From contig JAAVXK010000036.1 of assembly GCA_022790615.1 (NCBI GenBank), positions 22,886 to 86,885 on the forward strand: a stretch of 64,000 nucleotides of DNA, in the 5' to 3' direction. This stretch comes from Lachnospiraceae bacterium. GTDB lineage: Bacteria > Bacillota > Clostridia > Lachnospirales > Lachnospiraceae. This document shows positions 58,211 through 64,000 of the stretch, in pieces (positions within the stretch are counted from its first letter, which is position 1; every line of letters starts with the position of its first letter). The notes under the pieces were generated by a model. It made no database searches. It saw only the letters and a list, made by a program, of their open reading frames with translations, and was not told the DNA's origin. A program made the translations under genes and the position numbers.

Positions 58211-59247
58211 CCGTTAAGAGCCTCCTTAAGCGTCTCAAGATTCCTTTCCATCAAACCGACATATCCGACGCCGGAATCATAATCTTCCTTTGATACGTTA
58301 TGGCAGGCATACAGCGTACGGACGGCAGCCCCGGTTTCAGCCGCGATAGCGTCGGCAATCGTACCGCTGCCCATCTCATTTTTTAACACAACCGGTATAT
58401 CCTCTTCCCGTATCCTGTCGATAAGGAACTTGATTGTAGCCGCATCCGCCTCGGTATCCGCGGAACATCCCGGAAATGCCGCATAGTAATCAAGACCGAA
58501 TTCCTCGGTAAAATACCGCATCGGAAATCTATCCCCAAATACCAAAAGCTTTCGCGGCGAACCACTCACAACTCCCGCAATTGCATCGCGCACATCCGAC
58601 AGCTCCCTGACATATGAATCAAGCCTTTCCGTATAAAGCGCCTCGTTTTGCGGGTCAATCGCCGCTATTTCATCCTTTATGGCCCGCGTTATCGCTATCG
58701 CATTGTCAACCGAAGCCCACACATGTTCATCAAACTCCGCATCCGCGTCTGCATCTTTCGCTGCGCCGCCTCCGGCTGCATCACCGTCATCCGCGCCGGA
58801 GCCATTACCATCGCTGTCACCGTGTTCATCCGGCTGCATCCCTTCTACAATCTCCTCGGTATATACAGTATCAACAACATCCATCATGCGAAGCACTTTG
58901 ACATTGCCTCCAGCCGACTCGAGAACTCCGTCCACCCATTTTTCATTCTCACCGCCGTTATATATGAATAAATCACAGCTGCCGATACTGATTATATCCT
59001 GCGGGGTAGGGTCGTACGAATGACTCTCTTCCCCGGGAGACAAAAGCATACTGACGTCCGCTTCGCCGCCCGCAATCTGACATGCAAAATCATACGGCGC
59101 GTACAGTGTTGTAACAATCCTTAGTTTTCCATTACCGGTACCGCTCTCCCCGTCTCCCCGGCCGTTATCAGGTTTTACACACGACGCCGACAGCATTGAC
59201 ATACACGTCAAAAAAAACGCCAGTGCCGTTAGACATATTTTTTTCAT
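58201..59247 (-). CDS. znuA: metal ABC transporter substrate-binding lipoprotein
   Basis: Lipobox SASC, ESHSYDP, DEHVW, acidic loop, C-terminal H. Confidence 0.88.
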   Translation of the reverse strand: MKKICLTALAFFLTCMSMLSASCVKPDNGRGDGESGTGNGKLRIVTTLYAPYDFACQIAGGEADVSMLLSPGEESHSYDPTPQDIISIGSCDLFIYNGGENEKWVDGVLESAGGNVKVLRMMDVVDTVYTEEIVEGMQPDEHGDSDGNGSGADDGDAAGGGAAKDADADAEFDEHVWASVDNAIAITRAIKDEIAAIDPQNEALYTERLDSYVRELSDVRDAIAGVVSGSPRKLLVFGDRFPMRYFTEEFGLDYYAAFPGCSADTEADAATIKFLIDRIREEDIPVVLKNEMGSGTIADAIAAETGAAVRTLYACHNVSKEDYDSGVGYVGLMERNLETLKEALNGWH

Positions 59248-59257
59248 AACCTAAAAC

Positions 59258-60196
59258 CTATGCCTCCTCTTTTGAAATATAGATAGGCCTGTTCTTGCAC
59301 TCGAGATACGTCTTTGACAGATACATTCCGATAATGCCTATACAAAGAAGCTGTATACCGCCTAAAAACATTATAATACACACCATGGAAGGCCAGCCCG
59401 AAACCGGGTCCCCGAATATCAGAGCGCGCAAAGATATAAAAATTGTGCCTACAAACGCTACTATACAGAATAACAGGCCGAAAAACGACGCTATGGATAA
59501 CGGTACTGTTGAAAACGCGGCAATCCCCTCAAGCGAATAATTGAACAGTTTCCAGAAACTCCATTTTGTCTCGCCGGCCACGCGCTCTATGTTTTCATAT
59601 TCAATCCATTTTGTCTTAAAACCGACCCAGCCAAATATACCTTTGGAAAAGCGGTTATACTCATGCATGGATACTATACTGTCGGCCATCTGCCTGGTCA
59701 TAAAGCGGTAATCCCTCGCACCGTCCACAATTTCCGTTTTAGAAATCTTATTTATCATTTTATAGAACATTCTTGCAAAAAATGAACGTATGGGTGGTTC
59801 TCCCTTTCTGTTCACGCGTCTTGTAGCGACGCAGTCATATCCTTCTTCCTTTATCGTATGATACATACCGCATATCAGCTCGGGCGGGTCCTGCAAATCC
59901 ACATCCATGATTACGACATAGTCTCCCCTTGCATGTTCAAGCCCCGCATAGATTCCAGCCTCTTTTCCAAAATTTCTGGAAAATGATACATAGTGGACAC
60001 GTTCGTCCTCATCCCTGAGTTGCTTAATTATCTTTAACGTACCATCCGCGCTCCCATCGTCTATAAAGACAAATTCAAAGTCAAGCTCGGGAATCATTTC
60101 AAATATTTTCAACATTTCCCCATAATATATTGGTACGGCATCCTGCTCATTATAACATGGAACAACGATGGAACATAATTTTTTTTCTTCTTTCAA
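59258..60196 (-). CDS. GT2 polyprenol-phosphate glycosyltransferase (CsbB/GtrB-like)
   Basis: VVPCYNE, DDGSAD, FSRNFGKEA, MDVDLQDPP, two C-terminal TMs. Confidence 0.93.
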   Translation of the reverse strand: MKEEKKLCSIVVPCYNEQDAVPIYYGEMLKIFEMIPELDFEFVFIDDGSADGTLKIIKQLRDEDERVHYVSFSRNFGKEAGIYAGLEHARGDYVVIMDVDLQDPPELICGMYHTIKEEGYDCVATRRVNRKGEPPIRSFFARMFYKMINKISKTEIVDGARDYRFMTRQMADSIVSMHEYNRFSKGIFGWVGFKTKWIEYENIERVAGETKWSFWKLFNYSLEGIAAFSTVPLSIASFFGLLFCIVAFVGTIFISLRALIFGDPVSGWPSMVCIIMFLGGIQLLCIGIIGMYLSKTYLECKNRPIYISKEEA

Positions 60197-60244
60197 TAGA
60201 ATTCCTCCAAGCCTGATTTCCCGTCATGGCGCTTCGGGAGTACA

Positions 60245-62641
60245 TTATTTTCGCGCGCCTGATAACCATTTGCGCAACGGTACAAAATATATCACTGCCG
60301 ATAAAACGGCTGCGGCAAACAGCAGCATACCCGCCTTAAATCCCGGCGATATATACTGAAATGAAATGCTATGTTCCCCGCTGCCTGCATCTATAACTAA
60401 AAACGTATCTGCAAATTTTTCCACCCCGGCCTTTTTTCCGTCTATTTTGACAGTCCAGCCTTCGTCATACGGGATAGACGTGATTATTTTCTGTCCGTCC
60501 CCAACAGTAATTTTACCCGACAGGCGACCGCCCGAATGTTCCGTTAACTCCATACCATTTTCATTCAGAGTGCCGAGCGTCTCCCGTAACAAATCCATAT
60601 TAAGACCTGCAATTACCGCATATCTGACAGAGGCTTCCCCCGATGGAACAACATTTACGACTACCTCCTCGCCAGGCTGAAAACTTCCCAGATACAGGCT
60701 GCATGTAGTTTCTGTCGAAAAGTAATTGCCGACCCATGAATTATTCACATATACATCCGCCCACGAGCCATTATCCGGGAACATATACAGGTAAACCGGA
60801 TTGTCTGAATCCGCGGTAAATGTATAACTCCATCCCGCACCGTCTGACAAGGTGTTGTATTCATATGCAGTAAAGTATTCCCCGTCCGTTCCCGCAATAG
60901 TATTGAGAAACGTATTCTGGTTCGTAAATGGGTCGCCATAATTAATATCAGGCGATACATTAACGCACGGCGCCGCATATGCGATAGGCAGCGCATACGG
61001 ATTTTCATAGGAACAGGCCCCGCTTTCATTACTGCCAATACGTGTATAATCTGACGGAACTATGCCGTCCTCCATAATATATTTTACCGCAAACAGACTG
61101 TCCAGCATAGCGTTAGAGCCATACCCCGAATTCCAGATATGCGACTGGGCGATTCCAAGTTTCGGCGTCAGCGCATTAACCGATGCGTTAAATGTGGATG
61201 AATAATGGGTCATTCCGTTATATCCCAACAGCATGGCATCATTTTTAGAATACTCAAACCCCTGATTCATCCGGTAAAATCCGCCGTCCTTTTCTTTTAT
61301 TTCCTCAACCAGCGGCTGGGTTTTATCAAGAAAGGCCTCATAATCAGCGGCGGCGGCATATCCGAACTCATTCTCAAGTCCCTCAGACAGAGACTTTGCG
61401 TTAACACCCAAATCAACGACAGCCACTATACAAAGCGCAGCAGCCGCTATTACGGCAGTACTGCCTGCACGCAGCCGTTTGTTATCCATGCAGAATATTT
61501 CATATATGGCCCGAAGCGCCATATACAGCAAAAAGAAACTGAACACAAACGCATAACGGAACGGAAACCATGTCGGGTACTGGAATCCATGCCACATAAT
61601 ATCCAGTTTTGTAAAATAAAAGCTTAACGACATCAATATAAGTATTATTGCGGCCCCCGCCTTCTCACGTACCGATATGCGCGGAAGGAAGAAAAAGATA
61701 ACGGCCAGCAGTACTATGGCATACCCGCAATATATAGCCGGCAGCCCCGCATTCGTAATACTGTCGTAGACGCCGTTTTTTAACTTGCCAAAAAGCCCGG
61801 AAAACGCAAAATTCGTCTGGATATCCGGTACATACGACACAGCCGAAAGCTTACCCTGCATCAGATCTTTTACCACCGGAAGAATTAGCGGCGCCGATAA
61901 CCCAAAAGCCATCAGGGTACAGCCTGCAAAACGCAGCGCCTTCATGACGTATTCTTTTACATTGTCCTTTCCAATCCTGCATATAATGCGGAAAATCACA
62001 TAAAGCGCGGTAAATATGCCCACCATGTAACCTGTATAATAATTGCATACGAACAACGCGGCCAGAGCAAGCATATAGTGAAGCCCCCTGCGCCCATCCA
62101 GTATCTTCTCCACGCCAAGCAGGATTACCGGCAGCATAATAACTCCGTCCAGCCACATCAGGCACATGCCGTATACTATATTATAGGAGATAAGCGCATA
62201 ACTTACGGCAAACGGAAGAACCAGAATTTTTTTATTTTTACACAAATAATTGCCAAAAAAGGCAAAACTTAAACCGGACAGCCCTATTTTGAGCACTGTC
62301 AGTACAACAATTGCCAGAGTCATATCTTTCAGCGGAAAAAATACCGTTATAAAAGAAAGCGGGCTTGCCACATAGTATGCAAACAAACCAAGATAATTTC
62401 CTCCCATAGAGCGGGACCATGAAAAGAACAGTGAATCATCTCCCGATAGTACTCCGCGCAGGGATGCAAAGAATTCAAGATACTGGTCCCTCATATCCAT
62501 AATAAACATCGACTTTTCCCCAAAAGGATAAAAGCCCCGGACTTTTAAAACAAATAACATTACCAGAACCGGAATTACAAATGATAAAGCATATAGTAAC
62601 CCTGCTTCAGGAAAGGACTTCTGCATTTCCTTTTTCGACAT
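60245..62641 (-). CDS. yfhO: YfhO-family GT-C membrane glycosyltransferase
   Basis: DMRDQYLEF, YYVASPL, MWLDGVIMLP, RYAF, HYSS, SIPYDEGWTVKIDGK; start moved to 62641. Confidence 0.9.
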   Translation of the reverse strand: MSKKEMQKSFPEAGLLYALSFVIPVLVMLFVLKVRGFYPFGEKSMFIMDMRDQYLEFFASLRGVLSGDDSLFFSWSRSMGGNYLGLFAYYVASPLSFITVFFPLKDMTLAIVVLTVLKIGLSGLSFAFFGNYLCKNKKILVLPFAVSYALISYNIVYGMCLMWLDGVIMLPVILLGVEKILDGRRGLHYMLALAALFVCNYYTGYMVGIFTALYVIFRIICRIGKDNVKEYVMKALRFAGCTLMAFGLSAPLILPVVKDLMQGKLSAVSYVPDIQTNFAFSGLFGKLKNGVYDSITNAGLPAIYCGYAIVLLAVIFFFLPRISVREKAGAAIILILMSLSFYFTKLDIMWHGFQYPTWFPFRYAFVFSFFLLYMALRAIYEIFCMDNKRLRAGSTAVIAAAALCIVAVVDLGVNAKSLSEGLENEFGYAAAADYEAFLDKTQPLVEEIKEKDGGFYRMNQGFEYSKNDAMLLGYNGMTHYSSTFNASVNALTPKLGIAQSHIWNSGYGSNAMLDSLFAVKYIMEDGIVPSDYTRIGSNESGACSYENPYALPIAYAAPCVNVSPDINYGDPFTNQNTFLNTIAGTDGEYFTAYEYNTLSDGAGWSYTFTADSDNPVYLYMFPDNGSWADVYVNNSWVGNYFSTETTCSLYLGSFQPGEEVVVNVVPSGEASVRYAVIAGLNMDLLRETLGTLNENGMELTEHSGGRLSGKITVGDGQKIITSIPYDEGWTVKIDGKKAGVEKFADTFLVIDAGSGEHSISFQYISPGFKAGMLLFAAAVLSAVIYFVPLRKWLSGARK

Positions 62642-62763
62642 CACGAACCTCCTTAACATACACAAAAACGCATTAACAACACAGTATCCTTTTCATTATT
62701 ACCGCAACTGCGCATTCCTTTAACCACTATCACATTTGCGCATGTCCTAAAATTTCTGCATAT

Positions 62764-64000
62764 CTACTTTACTTTAAATATAAGGACACTTCCATCATTA
62801 TAGATACAATCCGCAATCTGGGCAATACCTTCAAAATTAACTGTATAACTGCCTGTTTCATTACCGCTCACATATATATATCCCACATTATAAGTTTTAA
62901 ACAAATCATAATTGGATACCGGGTCGGAGTACATCGAAGGAAGCTTTTCCTCACGTCCCAAATAATCCAATCCGTGCGTCCACAAAAATGTCGGTGAACT
63001 GCAAAAAACGCTTCTGCCCGTAAGGGCAGCCACCGCATTATTATGGTTTGTCGCGGTCAGTATCACAGAATCCGCCGGTACATTTTTCTCAATGAACCTG
63101 CAGGCCTCAACACTTGACGCCGAATATAACTCATAATCGGAAACCCACTCGCGCCCAAGCGATAGCAGCGCAGATATTACCCCGAAAAATATCAATGCCG
63201 ATGCGGCAAGCGCCTTGCATACAATATTCCATCTCTTTAAAAAGAGTTTCGTTATAAAATCAGCCGAAATTCCGCAAATGAAAATAAATGCAACAAAAAA
63301 CAGCTTGTTATTATCGTATTCAAGCGGCTGGAATGATATCAGCTCAGCTATGAAATATATTAGTAGCAGCGGGGAAGCAATCCTCAGATTCTTCTTACCC
63401 GCAAAGAAATACCCTATCAAAAAGAATATAAACGTTACCCCTATATTCTTTATATAGAACCAAATATACTGGTCTCCAGTATTCTGCCAGTTAAAATGTC
63501 CCCTGACAAACCCTTCAGAACCGGCCTGTCCAAACGTCCATGTTACAAGCTGCGGAAATGCCAGCAAAATAATAATAGCAAGAAATAATCCCCACGTACT
63601 TAATAATCGTACCAGCTGTTTGCTGCGTATCACCCTGAACAGGCATACCATTATATAAACGAAAAGAAGCGCAACACCGATTCCAAGAATCACAAATCCG
63701 TTTTTGCTCGTTGATTCGTCGCGCCATTCAGCCAACTGTAATATGCTGAAAAACGCAAGCCCGAGCGGAAGGGCCGCGAGCAGCCCGTAGGCTTTCCTTT
63801 CTTTGCCGCCGCACATTTCCCTGCAGTCAAATATAAGCCACATTGTACATACAAGACCAAATCCCAAAAAGGAATGCGTGTGTATCATCGGCAGCGCCCC
63901 TGCAATAACTCCTGCTATTGCAAAACATAACCTGCTCCTGTTTCTTACCGCATAGAGAAAAAAGGCCAGGAGCGGAAACAGGATTGCCCAACCAAACAAG
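62764..64000 (-). CDS. multi-pass membrane protein, GT-C-like; N-terminus lies beyond the window
   Basis: Open frame to window edge; many TMs then an extracellular C-terminal region (LTGR...LWTHG...YIYVS..E). Confidence 0.7.
   Translation of the reverse strand, partial: LFGWAILFPLLAFFLYAVRNRSRLCFAIAGVIAGALPMIHTHSFLGFGLVCTMWLIFDCREMCGGKERKAYGLLAALPLGLAFFSILQLAEWRDESTSKNGFVILGIGVALLFVYIMVCLFRVIRSKQLVRLLSTWGLFLAIIILLAFPQLVTWTFGQAGSEGFVRGHFNWQNTGDQYIWFYIKNIGVTFIFFLIGYFFAGKKNLRIASPLLLIYFIAELISFQPLEYDNNKLFFVAFIFICGISADFITKLFLKRWNIVCKALAASALIFFGVISALLSLGREWVSDYELYSASSVEACRFIEKNVPADSVILTATNHNNAVAALTGRSVFCSSPTFLWTHGLDYLGREEKLPSMYSDPVSNYDLFKTYNVGYIYVSGNETGSYTVNFEGIAQIADCIYNDGSVLIFKVK

Noticed and set aside
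1-64000. CRISPR arrays, rRNA/tRNA genes, integrases, transposases, prophage genes
   Set aside because: None recognised by eye; the repeats found are short coding or operator-like, without spacer structure.

Overview
A 64 kb chromosomal window from a spore-forming, probably flagellated Firmicute (Lachnospiraceae-like: spoIIAA-AB-sigF-spoVA, sigA/sigF/sigG/sigma28-type promoters, gut glycoside hydrolases). Most of it is housekeeping or carbohydrate metabolism: GH29 fucosidase (partial), AraC, trxB, GH13, glnA, tex, GH3, GH31, lysC-apgM-hom, cheW, prfB with its +1 frameshift, secA, hpf, valS, ogt, a Zn-type ABC importer and GT2/YfhO glycosylation genes. The most notable part is an accessory block at about 21.8-37.8 kb. 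On the minus strand it encodes an HPr-kinase-like P-loop kinase, a PqqD/RRE protein, an S24/S26 peptidase, an ABC exporter and a nucleotidyltransferase. These are followed by a 2305-aa secreted Cys/His-repeat protein behind a structured leader of about 600 nt. Last comes a 33-aa ORF missing from the ORF track (MEKYEAPDMEVIVFYAEDIITTSIPEGEVNPFA) with a lasso-type YxxP leader. There is no lasso cyclase in the window and the predicted core cannot form a lasso, so this looks like a cyclase-free RRE-dependent peptide-modification system coupled to a giant surface protein. Other candidates are a divergent TIR-TIR-TPR plus 4TM gene pair (possible defence), a frameshifted and apparently nuclease-deleted Type IIG/BcgI-like R-M gene, and a sigma28 operon of three possible flagellar-exported proteins. 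All calls come from motifs read by eye; no searches were run.
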